Origin: Tubulanus polymorphus
Taxonomy: Eukaryota; Animalia; Nemertea
Direction of reading: 5' to 3'
Length of the DNA: 64,000 nt
Assembly: GCF_964204645.1 (NCBI RefSeq)
Contig: NC_134026.1
Location: 12,609,950 to 12,673,949, forward strand
A model generated the notes under the pieces. The model made no database searches. It was not told the DNA's origin and saw only the letters and a list, made by a program, of their open reading frames with translations. Shown piece by piece: positions 49,601 to 63,645 of the stretch. A program made the position numbers and the translations under genes. Numbering within the stretch: position 1 is the first letter of the stretch; each line of letters starts with the position of its first letter.

Positions 49601-49766
49601 ACTGCGCTCTTTTTGGAGCGAGACTCGATCACAAACAATGGCAGAACTCTTTCGTTAGTTCTATAGATTTTTAGAATTCATCAAAAATCTCATTGGAGAA
49701 AGAATTCAAAGAAATTGAGATATCAAATTCAATTTCACCGTACCACCAAAAAATCCTACGATACTT

Positions 49767-51830
49767 CAGGCGCGTAGCAAGGGGTCTGACGATCTGACAT
49801 TTGTCGGACAAAAAATGTTTTTGACGAATTTTAGAAGGTACCTAAAACGTCTAAATCCATAAAAAAAAACTAAGGGGGGTTCGAGAAATATGTACTGAGT
49901 CACTCGTGATCGTTCCGTGAATACATTCGCCATGCGATGTTGCCTTTCGTGGGATTCGACACCGCTGACCACTATCGTATCGTACCGGTTTCGAGTTCTG
50001 CGATTCAGGTAGACGGTCTACTTCAGCTATTCTGACTGCGAATACAGGTGGGGCAGAATTGGACAGGCGACCAGTCTACAATTCAATCACTAAATAGGAT
50101 CGCATTGTTTACTTCCAGGTTAGGGTTTCACAGAAAAATATTCCGAAAATGAATTATTTTGTCGTTTAATCACCATAATCACGCATGTAATGTTAGAAAT
50201 TAATCATGCCAGCCCGCCAATGGAGGGTGAGAGAGCAGCAGAAGCCTTGGAGTCTGAAGCCAAGCGATGCTATACTATTTGAAGCCTGTTTAGGTGCACA
50301 CAAAAAAATCAAAATGTGATTGTGTGTAGTTGTAGTCTAGTGTGTCGATTCGTGTAACAGACTTACTAATGAATTTAGGCCTTATGAAAAGGGCACTTGT
50401 CGTGTGGGGTATAATGATTAAAAGGGGCACTTAAATCGGGTCGTATTTTTTTAAAAGGGCACATTTTGTGCGAGTTAAATTTATGTGGGCCTAAAGAATT
50501 CTTAAAAAGGGCACTTTTGTTTTAAATGTTAAAAATGGCAGGCTCGGGGTGTAATGTTTGAAAGGGCACTTAAATTATCTAAAAAATGGCCATTTCCACC
50601 TGATTAATGTTGAAAAGGTCATTTTTAACGGTCAATTTTGAATTTGAATCAACGATGAGTCAGTACTAGATGAGATTCAGCAAGCAGCCATCGACGATGA
50701 GCCAGTACTAGATGAGATTCAACTAAGAGCGCCTAATTATGTTGATCCACCGTCTGTAGAACCTGGTATGTCCTTTTGCACTTGTATTTAGCATAGATAT
50801 TTAAAGATTAATCTTGGTTATGGAAGGGTGAAGAGTGAAACAAATTCCAATGTATTTGTGAAATATGAATAATGATGGCAATGTTCCCACTCTCTGATGG
50901 GTCCCATGAAGCTTAGAATTATACAGCAGCGATGTAAGGTTTGTTTTTATTATAATATACTCATAACTGTAGTTTTGATTGATTGAATTTTTCCTGATTT
51001 TCAGATGTAAGTAGACATAGACCAAAAAGGGATTATGCATTTCCGAACGGGGCATATGGTTGTACAACTGTTTGCCTAGCTCGCTGTAAGCAGGAGTACT
51101 TCGGTCAATATGAATGGCTCACCTACAATGAAGAGAAGGACCATGTCCTTTGTATTTATTGTAGGTCAGTTTTCTCCTCCGATAAATTAGTGCAGAACAA
51201 GAGATTCGACACTGCTTTCATTACGAGAGGTTACAACAACTGGAATGAGGTATCTGGATCTATGACAAAACACAACAGGATTGATTCGCAGAGAGGCATA
51301 CAAATTTTCATTGGAAGGCAGAGGCAAAAGAACCAGAATGTAGGAGAAATGATTGCACATTAGAATGGCCAGGTTTGTCCTTCATTTGATTTTTTTCCAA
51401 TGTAATTAAATGACTCAGTCGGTCATGGTCCAGGCATCTACCATGATTGGTACTTTGACTCCAAATCTCCAAGTTGTGCCAGTACACTTTAATTTTGAAG
51501 AGAAAACAATATTTCATATATGCCTGCTGCTTTGTATTTTCAGAACAAGAAAGATAGGAGACATTGTCTTTTGAAAATTGTCCCACGCTTAAGGACTTGG
51601 CACGTCGAGCAGAAGCTCTGAGAGATCATGAAGAGATAGACTCTTTTTCAGTTTTTTAGAACTTTTTTCAGTTGCTTAAACTCCGGTCTGAGGATGACTC
51701 GTTACTCAGCGATTGGATCAATAAAGCAGGGAAGCGGTACATGTCACCAGTTATTCAAAATGAACTTCTCCAAATAATGGGTCTTCAGGTATGCATTATA
51801 ATTTTCATTAATAAGCAACAAAGCGTTATC
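49767..51830 (+). mobile_element. hAT transposon remnant (ZMYM1-like/TTF zinc finger) in a CNNM intron
   Basis: CAGGCGCGTAGC end; AAAGGGCACTT repeats at about 50385-50570; YEWLTYNEEKDHVLCIYC..AFITRGYNNW; YMSPVIQNELLQIM. Confidence 0.75.
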
Positions 51831-52254
51831 AACAGGGTTCCCACGAAATTCCCCCAAATTTTTTTTACCCTGTTTATCACTAAACTATTGGAGCTGAAAA
51901 TGTCAGTCTTATCAAACCACCTGACTTGAAATAGTCCTGAAAGGACCAGATCTATGTGAAATATCAATTCTCAAAAGTACTGACACATTTAGAGCCCAAA
52001 ATATACTTTTTTGGAATCCAAGATGGCTGCTTACCAGCGATCTTGAATGCAATTTAAACTAAATAGGTTCATGTTCATGCCACCAAACACCCATGTTTTA
52101 CAAAAACCTAAAGATTCAAAGGTCATTGAGGCACAACAATGTACCACAGCGAAAACAATATCCCCAATGAATTTGTCGGGAATATAGTAATCCTTCAAGC
52201 ATCATATGAATCTGTATAATCTGTATGCTTAGTAACTAAAAACATTGCACTTAC

Positions 52255-52500
52255 ATTGAAGAGCCTGTAATCCGAAGAATGTGAATGGTCCACCTTCAAA
52301 CATAAGGTTTTCCTTACCAACAATAACCGAGACACGACCTTGTAGTACAAGTACAAAATAATCACATGGTTTACCCCGTTCAAATATTATATTATGGTCA
52401 GGGTCTTTATCTTCATAGCGTAAGCTCAAAATTATATTTTGACGTAGCAAACGCTGCAACACTACTTCAGATATCATCTCTGCTTTGAATGGTTCAACAG
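52255..52500 (-). CDS. CNNM: Internal CNNM exon (cyclic-nucleotide-binding-homology domain)
   Basis: VEPF..ISEVVLQRLL..GKPCDYFVLVLQGRVSVIVGKENLMFEGGPFTFFGLQAL; tttcag acceptor, GTAAGT donor; 246 nt. Confidence 0.92.
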
Positions 52501-53977
52501 CTGAAAAAAAAATCAATTAGGTAAATATTGATATTACATTAATAAGTTAAAAGGAGGCTCAGTGGAAGAAACAACTGGAGGACTAAGGGTCCTGCTTATA
52601 AGGATTGGTGTACATATTTAAGTGTTGTTTGAAAATGGTGATATTTTGTAGGCGCATTAAAAAATTCCCAAACCTCAAAACAGGTCAAAACATTAAACTA
52701 GGGTCCAGGGATACCATTCCAAATTAATGAAATGCTTGACAATCTGATAATTCAATATTCAACACCCCCCGGTGAATTAACACACTAATCATATGAGCTC
52801 CAAAAAAAAATTTGCAGCTGATTGTGCTACAAAACATGCGTAGGTACGGCAATATAATGGAACATTGTCAGATCTGCCAACCCTACAGATATCATCTCAG
52901 GGACATGAACATTTTTCACAGGGACAAATCATTGTACCAATTTCCCAGGGACATTTGCTTTCTTCTGAGTGATGAACCCGAAATTCCTTAAAAAACAAGC
53001 ATGACAAATTTGAGTTCTTTTATGCGTTAGTCATCTTTCTTTTTTTTTCATCCATGGTGTTCATAATCATTTGTCTCTAACAGAAATAGAAAATGCAAAC
53101 TGTAATACATGTGTTACGAACGGTTAAATTTGTGTTGTCACTATAGAGTCCGGTCTCTGTATTTAATCAAGTGCGTATTATTCGCTCTGGTAAGCACACT
53201 CACGTCTCAGGACATAATTAAAGGTTGAATTTATAAAACATGAAAATGGTTAAATATTTCGTATTTCCTACCAAACGTAGCATAATAAATAAGTTATATA
53301 GAGACACAATAGGAAACCCTCCAAACATAATGGTCCTTGTTAGGCATGTTTGCACATCTTGTACTTATGACTCGTATGTATTTGCATTAAACCGTTACCA
53401 ATTAAGAATAAAACCAACCGTATGAATTGTCTATTCGTCGTTAGTTGCATATAAAATGTAATCATCAAAATTGGAGCAATGAGTATTCGCACATTAATAT
53501 TACAGACTGTATCTAAATCTTATTGGGGGTATTGAATAAAACTAGGGGTCCAGGGATGCCATGCCTACTTGGGAAACGGTTTCAAATGCTCAACAATCTA
53601 ACAATTTCAATATTCAACGCCCACTGGTGACCATATACAAAAACCAATGACCTTGAATCTCACCACAATCATAGAACATGTCATGAGTTACAACTTTGCA
53701 ATTGAACATGGTAACAAAATATGCCTAGGTATCAGTATAATAAGGAAATACCAAATTATTCTTCCATTCAACACCCCCTGGAGACCATATAGAACAACTT
53801 ATGTCCTTAAAACTCACCACGATCATAGAAAATGTCATGAGCTAAAACTTTGCAATTAATTGTGGTAACAAAATATGCAAGGGTACAAGTATGATATAGA
53901 AATTCTAAGTTTTTGTATTATTCAACGCCCCTGGTGGCCATTTACAATAAGCAATGACCTTGAATCCCACCAATATC

Positions 53978-55672
53978 ATTATTTCATTATTTTATTATTA
54001 TTTTATTTTTCCATTTTGAATTATAATAATCGTACAAAGTAATACAAATACAAAAATTCAAGATGGAGGAAAACATGAAGAAACCTGTTAAGGTTTATAT
54101 GATATTCATGCCACCCTCGTACACCCAATCACACTCTCTTTCACACCACATTCACACTGAAAATATTTAAGTGCCAGATGGCAGAGACTGGCAAGGTTAT
54201 CGAAACATTAATTGAGAAGATACTGTTTGAGAGCACGTTTAAAAACCGGAGGGGATACTGATCCAATGATCTTCAGTGAGTAAGGTAAGTTATTCCAAGT
54301 TAGAGGGGCTGATACTTCTAATGAAAATTTCTTTCGATTGGTTCTAAATTGTTTTACTTTGAATGCATGATGGTTTCGGGTATGATGATGGTGAAAGTCG
54401 GAATTTAATGAAAAAATATAGCTGCAAAGCAGCGATAACGGGTTTTTTCTGGATGCATGTGATCGAAAGGTAAAATTAATTACCGGGTATTCGATGGAAA
54501 AAATAAAATGAGATGATTTGGATATTATCGGAGCAATCCTCTTTTTAGTTGAATGGTCTAACCCCAGTATAGTCCCCGTGAATTGGAAATTCTCGGAGCC
54601 CTCCTTTATTTACTTACTAAATGACGTCACAAACTGTTATTTCGCCGGTGCTTGTTGTCTAACAATTCAATTCAATTCTTTATTTACAGTAACCTAATAA
54701 GTAATTTTAAGTTTCACATAGGATGGAAAGTACATTCAGACAATCTGTTGGATCAAAGAGACCGTTATTACAGTATCAATTTATACATTTCATTTCGAAG
54801 CTGTCAGTTGCCGAATCTGAATGAAGATGAATTTTATTTGACGAAATCGGCGGAAAATATATAATAATAATAATCAACAGAACTTCAAGAGGGTTTTCGA
54901 CGAAAGTCAGAAAACCCTAATAATCTGAAAACGAGTTAGGCAGTAGTGAATCCTTATATTTAAATATGAAAAAGCACAATTGAAATTTCGTCATTGCTCG
55001 AAAAGTAAGGATACCTAAGTTTTTGAAGATGGGGGCTGTATGGTCAAAGAAGGTAACCTTCGATATAACCCTGATCGCACGCTTTTGAAGTAGGATTATT
55101 GGCCTGATTCTCGATTCGTAGTTATTGCCTCAGATAAAATTGCAGTATTGGAGATACGGGTAAACAAAACTATAGTATAAGGTTTTCATCACTAAAACTG
55201 GCAATCGTCTTTTAACTCTATTCAAAACACCAATACTACGAAAGATCTTTTTACAGACAAATGATATGTGGTCAGACCACGTCAGTTTACTATCAATATA
55301 TAAACCAAGAAATTTTGTGGAATGAAATTGCTTTATTGGCACATTTCCAATTTTTATGGCACAAGGGGTACCCTTGAAATTTCCGAAAATCATAAAATAA
55401 CATTTTTCAAGGTTAAGAGACAATTTATTAACTTGAAACCACATTCGAAGTTTGATGAGTTCATTGTTTATCAGTTGGAATATCTTATGATCTTTTGAAT
55501 AAGCGAAGCATGTTGTGTCATCTGCAAAAAGGGTGAAGTCAAGAATTTTTGAAGCATTGACACAATCATTTATGAATAATAGATATAAAAGAGGACCGAG
55601 AATAGAACCTTGGGGAACTCCGATAGTTATACCCCTTCTTGACGAGTTAATACCATTAAAACAAACAATTCA
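53978..55672 (-). mobile_element. 5'-truncated CR1/L2-group LINE (RT remnant)
   Basis: GVPQGSILGPLLYLLFIND..LFADDT; WFQVNKLSLN..FLGLYIDSKLTWSDHI; A-rich tail near 53980-54010. Confidence 0.85.
54414..54922 (-). mobile_element. Short (about 510 bp) complete HINE family 1 relative inside the LINE
   Basis: Minus-strand 5' TTAGGGTTTTCTG..GAAAACCCT plus (TTA)n; 3' AAAACCCGTTATCGCTGCTTTGCAGCTATATTT as at 35941-35973. Confidence 0.85.
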
Positions 55673-55754
55673 TAGAATCATAGAACACGTTATGACCTAC
55701 AACTTTCCAATTGATTGTGCTAACAAAATATGCTTAGGTATCAATATAATGTAG

Positions 55755-56609
55755 AACAAAAACCCCAAGGGGCACTATGGCCAGCCTGTCAGCTTTTCAT
55801 AAAATGGTACATGATGATGCATTCTGTGGGTTAAATTTGTCGTAATACACTCCCAGCTGAGAGTCAATACCTAATAATTTACACAATACAATCGTAGAAT
55901 ACATAAGTAGCACAGACAGCGACTGGATCTGGCAGGAACAAACACCTCAGATAAATCTTTTCCCTTGGTCTTATTGATTTTAATGTAGAATAGAATTAAA
56001 TTTTCTGAAATTTGCTCAATAAAACAAAATTGAATTGGATTTGATATTTTTTGCTAAATAAAATTTGATTGAATTTGTATTTGAGCACATGGCTAATTAG
56101 CATATCAAGGTCATCTTTCCGATTTAAGAAAAAGCTATTTTTTCTGGACTTTGCACAATTGTCAACGATATTTTCTGTAGTGCTAATAAAAATATTCCTC
56201 TCAAAACCCAAATCAACTAAAGCTTTCACAGAAATCGATCTTGAAATACAACTTTAGATCTAAAAATAAAACCAGGAAGTTAAACGGTAGACGATACTGC
56301 GGGTTCATGTGAACACCTGCTGATTTCTGCGGCTAAGCCAATCATAGAGGAGTCTTTGCTTTCTGATTGGCTTTTCAAAACCGATATTCTTGCGATCAGA
56401 TATTCGCGAAAAAGCTCATATAAATTTTAACGAGGCCCTCTTTCAAAATTCAGCTACGTAGAGTTTGGAGAATGGATAATGTTTTAATGAATGATTTGTA
56501 TGATTATATGCTCAGTTGCACAGACAAAGAGCCTTTGCTCTGGAAACCATGTCATTTAAATTCGCTCCATTTGTATAGTAATAGGCTCAGCCTACGGCTG
56601 GCCTGAAAA
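55755..56609 (-). mobile_element. HINE family 3 element
   Basis: Minus-strand 5' TTTTCAGGCCAGCCGTAGGCTG hairpin; 3' CAGGCTGGCC..CCCCTTGGGG-TTTTTGTT; interrupts HINE-2 at an A/T run. Confidence 0.65.
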
Positions 56610-56775
56610 CTTTTTTCCGCCTACAAATGAGTACTGATGACACCAAGATGGCCGCCAATTGCATCATAATAGGCTGATCCCAAAAAGTTCATACTACAGC
56701 CATCTTGAGTCTGATTGACCCAATTCTTCTTATGCTGATGGACACTTGGGGGTTCACATACATACGAAAGATCCA

Positions 56776-57661
56776 GGGGCCGGTTTCACAAAGCGTAATT
56801 AACCCTTAATTATGATTAAATCACTAATCATGAGTAAATTATCATGATTTAATCAAGTTAGGTGTTTCACAAAACGTAATCAACTTTAATTATAATTAAG
56901 TTAATTACAAAATTTAATTCTCCACTAGAGTGTAATTAAACCATTTAATCATCATTAGTTTATTATTAAAAACAAAAAGCTGCAGATATTATTCATGGAA
57001 TTTGGTGTTTATTAATTGACGACGGCAATTCCTACACTTATTCAGTTTTTCAGATTGTTTGGCTCAAATATTGTTTGGATTTTTTGCCTTTTGTAAAAAA
57101 GGCATGTCAATACTCTAAATTCTATTGATTTATTTTCAAACGTCCTATGTTTTTGTCAGCACGACCACCACATACTTAGAAGTATTGAATTAATTGATTT
57201 TGTCAATACATATGATAGATTTCTGTCAGTAGAGTACATATCTATGGAGTTAGTGTTAAAAAGTGCTGCTCGGAAATAAACCCCATTTACGAGGATTTTA
57301 TTTTGCTGACTGGAGGTGAGTTTCTATTTAAAAACTTTTGAGACATCTTGCTAAGTTTTTCCACTGGTTCCTGAGACCTTTCAGAGCAATCTTTAACTCC
57401 CAAAGGAGTGAATTTCTCTATTCCTCTAAACAAGGAAGGTTGTTGATGCTTGGACAGCAAATGGCTGTCTAAAGTTCCGCCATTTTGATACAGTTAAATT
57501 GTAATTAAGTTGCCTAATTATGTAATTAGTTAATTTTGTAATTAAACCCTTTCGTGAAACCGAATTTTAATCGTAATTAACTAATCATGATTAAGGAAAT
57601 TTAATCATGATTTAGGTCCTAATTATAATTAAAGTTAATTATGCTTCGTGAAACCGGCCCC
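56776..57661. mobile_element. PIF/Harbinger-like MITE
   Basis: GGGGCCGGTTTCAC..GTGAAACCGGCCCC TIRs with subterminal taat repeats; TSD unclear. Confidence 0.75.
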
Positions 57662-60132
57662 CAATTGATCATCGCGTCTTCAAAATTTCCCTCAAAAAAC
57701 ACACAAATGTTTAATAAGTGCTGATTTTGGCAAACAACAATGGCTGCCAGTCGGCCATCTTGATTCTGACAGGACCAGTTTTTGGGCTGAAGATGTGTCT
57801 AGGGTAGATACATGTGTAATACAAATATCAAGACATAACATTGAAGTGTCTTAAAAACTTCCCAAAATAACTGGATTCCGTCTACGGATGGACGAACGGA
57901 CGACGGACAAAAAGATAATGCAATAGCCCCGCTGTGATTAAAGTCCCAAGTGGGCTAAAAACAGTTGCTTGATTGGAATTTTCATTTCTTTGCATCCCTT
58001 TTACCAATAAACATGAATAAACTTTTTAAAAAAGTTACACCGCAAGGAATTGCTGCCCTCTAACAGGTATACAAGAAACTACATCATCAGTGAAGGTATT
58101 TTGGCGGAAAAATTGCCACTTGTTCTCTACATTAAAACAATCACTAGACCACGTAGCATATATAGAGCTAAATATAAGACACCATTTTTCATCTGTCGGT
58201 TAGCTGGATACTGAACAGTCAGGGTGCTGCTGGCAGTATCGATTTTCCAACAAACACCGCAGTAAGGAGTGCTGCAGGTGGTATTGATTTTCTAAACTAG
58301 CTAGCCAATGATGTCAGTAGCACATAGAGTAGACTCGAGAGAATGATTTATTCTATTCATCTTTGCAGAGATGAGAAAACCGACCTATAAAATCTGGTTT
58401 TTTTTTAGTTACATACGTGTAGCAGGCACTCGCGAGCACCTGAGACGCGAAGCTATTCCGGGGGAGGGGGGGTTGGGGGCCTTCCCCAGAGAAAATTCTA
58501 GAAATTAAAAGCGTTTTCCAAGCACTTAGAGCGATCTTGAACGACTACTATATTTTGGGAGGTAATGGCTATTTCCTATGTGCCACATCCTCATTCTATA
58601 ACAATCGCATTACCGGTTGAGCCCTGAATTATTGCAGTTAAAATGCGCCGATGAATGCTCACTAAAACTCATGGCAGTGTATAATATCTGAAGTGAAGGT
58701 ATTCGCCAAGAACGCGCATGGCAACAGTAGAAGCCTATTTACATTACTACTGTCGCCGCGCGCACGTGTCTGCCTCCGATTGATAAAATACATACATCAT
58801 AGTAGATACAATGAATAGGGCCTATATTTTATGTACAGCAACCAACCGAAATGTGCCTTCAGAAATAATCTTGATCGGGCAAAAAAGTGCGGCCCTGATT
58901 GGCATGATGTCATAGACGTTAACCAATGCTAAAATAAAGGCAGGGCTGCCAACCTCTGAAAAGTGCTATCAAAAACATTTCTTTGAAATATGAAAGAAAT
59001 GTTCAAATGACATGTTTGCCATATAGATATCTGCATGACCTTGAAACTGAAGAGGGAGTATTAGCATGATAAACTGTACAACTTTGCTTCAAATTGTGTC
59101 AATCATTTCTGGCCAATGAAGAATCTACTAACCAAAAATGATAAAAATTAGACCTCTCAACACCAAAAACAAATTTGGGGTAGTTTTGATAATAGTCTCC
59201 TCCAAATTCATAGTTTTTTCATAGATTATGAAAAATATTGATTCCTCATCAGTAGAGTAGTTTTTGAATGAAAAATTCTTCCTAAACAAAAAAGTAGCTT
59301 TACACTGTGTGTACATACGTAATCAAGCCGAGATTATGATGGAAAGAGAACCACAAAAACAAGAAAATACTAATGAAATGGAATACAAAATTAGATTTCT
59401 AACACAACTTTTTTGTTGCTTGCGCTTCATCAGTTGCAGCACTCTTCATTCTTCCACGACTCGTTCAACAGACTATCATACAAGACACGAGCGCACTAGA
59501 AGGCAGCTCAAGAGGTATTGATTAAACTACGTGATGAATTCAGTAGAGTGATGGTTAATGCCAGGTACCATTTAGCCATCTAACGTTTTATGCACACAGC
59601 TGAGAAATCAATACAATTGTCGCAGAGTGAGTTGTGAACTTCGTCGGGATGGATTCTAGTTTTTTGTCGCCTTATAAAACGTAAACCATCATTAAACCTT
59701 AACAATGTTAACCATTCAGCGTCATTTTACAAACGACAACGGTAAATCGATGTGCAAAACGTCACAGGTCTATGTGTACACATACAAGCTATTTGGCAAA
59801 ATATTATTGACGAAGATGTAGAAAGATGTAGAATGACTTCCTGTGATTATATAATGAGCTCTATTTGAACGTCGAAATGTTACATTGCATTGAATAACAT
59901 TAGAAGACATATTGTAATAGTAAAGGATGTATGATTATATCAGAAGCGGCAGGCATAAATAGAAATGATAAGTAAATCGGATCATTCAGTCAAAATGGCG
60001 GATGTATACACGATTTGGAAGTCTGATATAAAAGTAAGACCCTGACATGGGGATGCCGGTGGAATGACGAAGCTATCTACAACCTGTGTAGGGCTGGCAT
60101 GAATTTCATCGGCGGCTACAAGCAGTCAATAT

Positions 60133-62496
60133 AACTAGGGGTCCAGGGACACCATGCCCACTTGGGAAGTGGTTTCAAATGCTCAACAATCTAACAATTT
60201 CAACATTCAACGCCCCCTGGTGACCATTTACAAAAACCAATGACCTTGAAACTCACCACAATCATAGAACATGTCAGCAGCTACGATTTTGTAATTGATT
60301 GTGATAACAAAATATGCCTCGTTACCAATTTAATATGGAAATACTAAGTCATTCTACTATTCAACGCCCCCTGGTGACCATATTCGAAACCCAATGACCT
60401 CGAAACTCACCACAATCATTGAACATGTCATGAACTACAACTTTGCAATTGATCATGGTAACAAAATATGCCTAGGTACCAATATAATAAGGAAATACTA
60501 AGTTATTCTACTATTCAACGCCCCCTGGTGACCATATAGAAAAACTTATGTCCTTAAAACTCGCAACAATCATAGATGATGTCATGAGCTACAACTTTCC
60601 AATTGATTGTGGTTACAAAATATGCTTAGGTATCAATATAATCTGCATAGGTACGAATATAATAAAGAAATGCTAAGATATTGTATTATTCAATGCCCCC
60701 TGGTGGCCATATACGAAATCCAATTACCTTGAAACTCACCACAATCATAGAACACATTATGAGCTACAACTTTCTAATTGATTGTGGTAGCAAAATACGC
60801 TTAGGTATCAATATAATGTGGAAAATCTTTTTCCCACTTACGAATGAGTACTGGTGACACCAAGATGGCCGCCAATTGCGTCATAATTGGCTGATGAAAA
60901 ATACCTGTCTCAGGTATAAAACATCCCTTTCCAAAGAATACCCATAATATTGTTCTTTCGACCCCATTCCAACAGTTGTAATAAAGGGGTGTATCGAGTC
61001 ATTACTACCTGTGTTAGTGTCCATAGTAAATAAATCGTTGGAGAGTGGGCAGTTTCCTACTGCTTTGAAATTTGCGATTGTGAAGCCACTTCTCAAAAAA
61101 CCCTCAATGGACAAGGATGCCCGCGGGAGTTTCAGGCCTGTTTCTAACTTGAGCTATTTGTCCAAGCTAATCGAACGTGTTGCAGCTGTGCGTCTCATCA
61201 CTCACCTGACACTTAACGGTCTCTACGACCCGAACCAATCGGTGTATCGAAGAGGCCATAGTACTGAGTCGGTATTAATGAAAGTAACTGACCAGATTCT
61301 TACATCGTTGGACTCTGGCCATGAAGTGCTTCTAACGTTATTGGATTGAACCGCTGCTTTTGATACCGTTGACCATACTATCATGCTTGAAAGGCTCCGA
61401 ACGTGTATTGGAGTGAGTGATGTGGCATTGTGCTGGTTTGTATCCTATCTGCAGGGGAGAACTCTTTCACTCTACATCTCCGGTCAACTGTCGGAATCCG
61501 TTCCTCTCCAATTTGGTGTGCCGCAGGGATCAGTGCTAGGCCCTATATTGTTCACTGTCTACACCCTACCGCTGAGCAATGTGATGCGTGATCATTCCTT
61601 GGATTATCAACTGTTTGCTGATGATTATCAGCTTATTGATTCGGTTGCGCTCGGTGATCGCAGCGTGACATAATGGTGAAAAACATGGAGACCTGTATAA
61701 CGGATATTAAATCATGGCTTACTGCTAATAAGCTCGCGCTGAACCCTCCAAAGACGGAGGCTGTTAATCTTGTGTCTACGAGAAAAGTTGGATGAGTGCC
61801 TGAGATTGAAGTAGACGGTGTTCCGATTACAACCTCTGAGTCTGTTAAGGACCTAGGGGCTTGGTTGGACCAGGGTATGACTATGCAGGAGCATATTAAA
61901 CGTACTTGTAAAGCTGCTTACGCGTCTTTGTATAAAATTGGTCGCATACGCCGATTCTTGGACCAAAACAGCACTATAAAATTAGTTCATGCTTTCGTCC
62001 TGTCCCGTCTTGATTTTAACAATGGAATACTTTACGGACTACTAGCAAAAACATTAGCGCCTCTTCAGCGAGTACAAAATATGGCAGCCAGATTAGTGTG
62101 TCGTAAAAGGAAGTTTGATAGAATAAAACCTATTCTCATAGAACTCCATTGGCTGCCTGTCCAGGCTAGAATCGAGTTTAAGATCTTGTCAACCGTAAAC
62201 CGTTGTATCCATGGATCTGCTCCAGTTTACTTGTCAAATCTGCTACGTAGGGTAGAGGGGCGCACTCGTTCTTCTACCAGCTTTGCTTTACACGTTCCTC
62301 GTTCTAAATCCAAATATGGCGACCGTGCCTTTTCTAGCTGTGCAACCTACCTTTGGAATAGACTACCCATTTCCATTCGTTCCACAGTTGACGAAGGATC
62401 TTTTCGCAACGCTCTAAAGACATACCTGTTTTTGCAGTATTTCCAGGAGATAGCGCTTTGAGCATGGGATACTGCGGAAAAGCGCTTTAAAAGAAC

Positions 62497-62543
<47 letters not shown>

Positions 62544-62855
62544 CATCACAAATTGTAATGAGAAATGGCAAACCAGTAGGAAGCTACAGGATTTTTGGGC
62601 ACTAAAAAGGTCATAGGACAGCCATCTTGAATCCGATCGACCCAATTTTTGTTATGTTGATCTTGATTCTGACAGGGCCAGTTTTTGGGCTGAAGATGTG
62701 TCTAGGGTAGATACATGTGTAACCCAAATATCAAGACGTTACCTTGAAGCGTCTTCAAAACTTCCCAAAATAACTGGATTCCGTCTACGGACGGACGACC
62801 GACGAAAAGTGAACGCAATAGCCCGCTGGGACTAAAGTCCCAAGTGGGCTAAAAA
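60133..62855 (-). mobile_element. HINE family 2 copy interrupted by a LINE
   Basis: Both termini near-identical to 47194 and 48770; 121-bp repeats at about 60200-60820. Confidence 0.88.
60946..62540 (+). mobile_element. 5'-truncated L2-type LINE, RT with stops, (TTA)n tail, TSD about ACCCAT
   Basis: FRPVSNLSYLSKLIER, GVPQGSVLGP, FADD, LHWLPVQARIEFKI, GDRAFS..LWNRLP. Confidence 0.92.
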
Positions 62856-63199
62856 TGTGTAAACATATAATTTCAATATTCAAATGTTTTAGAAAATATG
62901 TTCGATATAAGGGGTATGCGGGTTTCATGAGATTAGCAATTTATAATAACATAGCTGTCATATACGGCTCCGTGTCCTCTGATAGCATGTGTATTAGCTG
63001 ACAATTCAAATCAATTCTTAATTGAACCTTATTACATATAAAATTCCCAAATTCAATAAAGTTACAAATTTTAAAATAAGAAAATACAACATAAAAGACA
63101 CATGCGTAATTCATACAGAATAACATAAACAAGTTATCTTAAATGACAATAATGTCTACTTCAACCCAGACTCAAGAGGATAATTCAATTCAATTCAAT

Positions 63200-63645
63200 T
63201 CAAGTACTTCATTGACACTAATAAATTTTACAATAAAACATTTTAGTGACACGTCAACAAAGTTAAACAAGACAAAGAAATGGTTAAAATGATGACAAAT
63301 TATAAAACATATTAAACATGTGAAAAGATATACCGGATAAAACATGAAAAAGTTGACCGGATGTGTTCAAAGATGGCAGCACAGTAGATTGACCCCAGTA
63401 GATTTATTTAAATCCCTGACGCCATCCTGATATCGGCAATGGAACTAATTGAATTACTGACTAAAATACAAATTTCATGGTCATTGTTGCTCATGCTCAT
63501 TAAAAATATAAATAGTTCATGGTCAGATATTAGGTCAATATCCACGAATTCGCCGCGAAGCATTTCGAATAGGGTATTTCTTACACGAGTATAAAGTGGA
63601 CAGAACAACAGAAAGTGTTTTTCATCCTCGACCATATTCAAATTT
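63200..63645 (-). mobile_element. LINE 3' fragment
   Basis: VEDEKHFLLFCPLYTRVR C-terminal zinc motif; (GAATT)n tail at 63200-63222. Confidence 0.7.

Larger units (their letters stand above)
53540..57961 (-). mobile_element. HINE family 2 copy split by nested insertions
   Basis: Segments 53540-53975, 55673-55752, 56606-56775 and 57662-57961 are colinear with 47194-48770. Confidence 0.82.
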
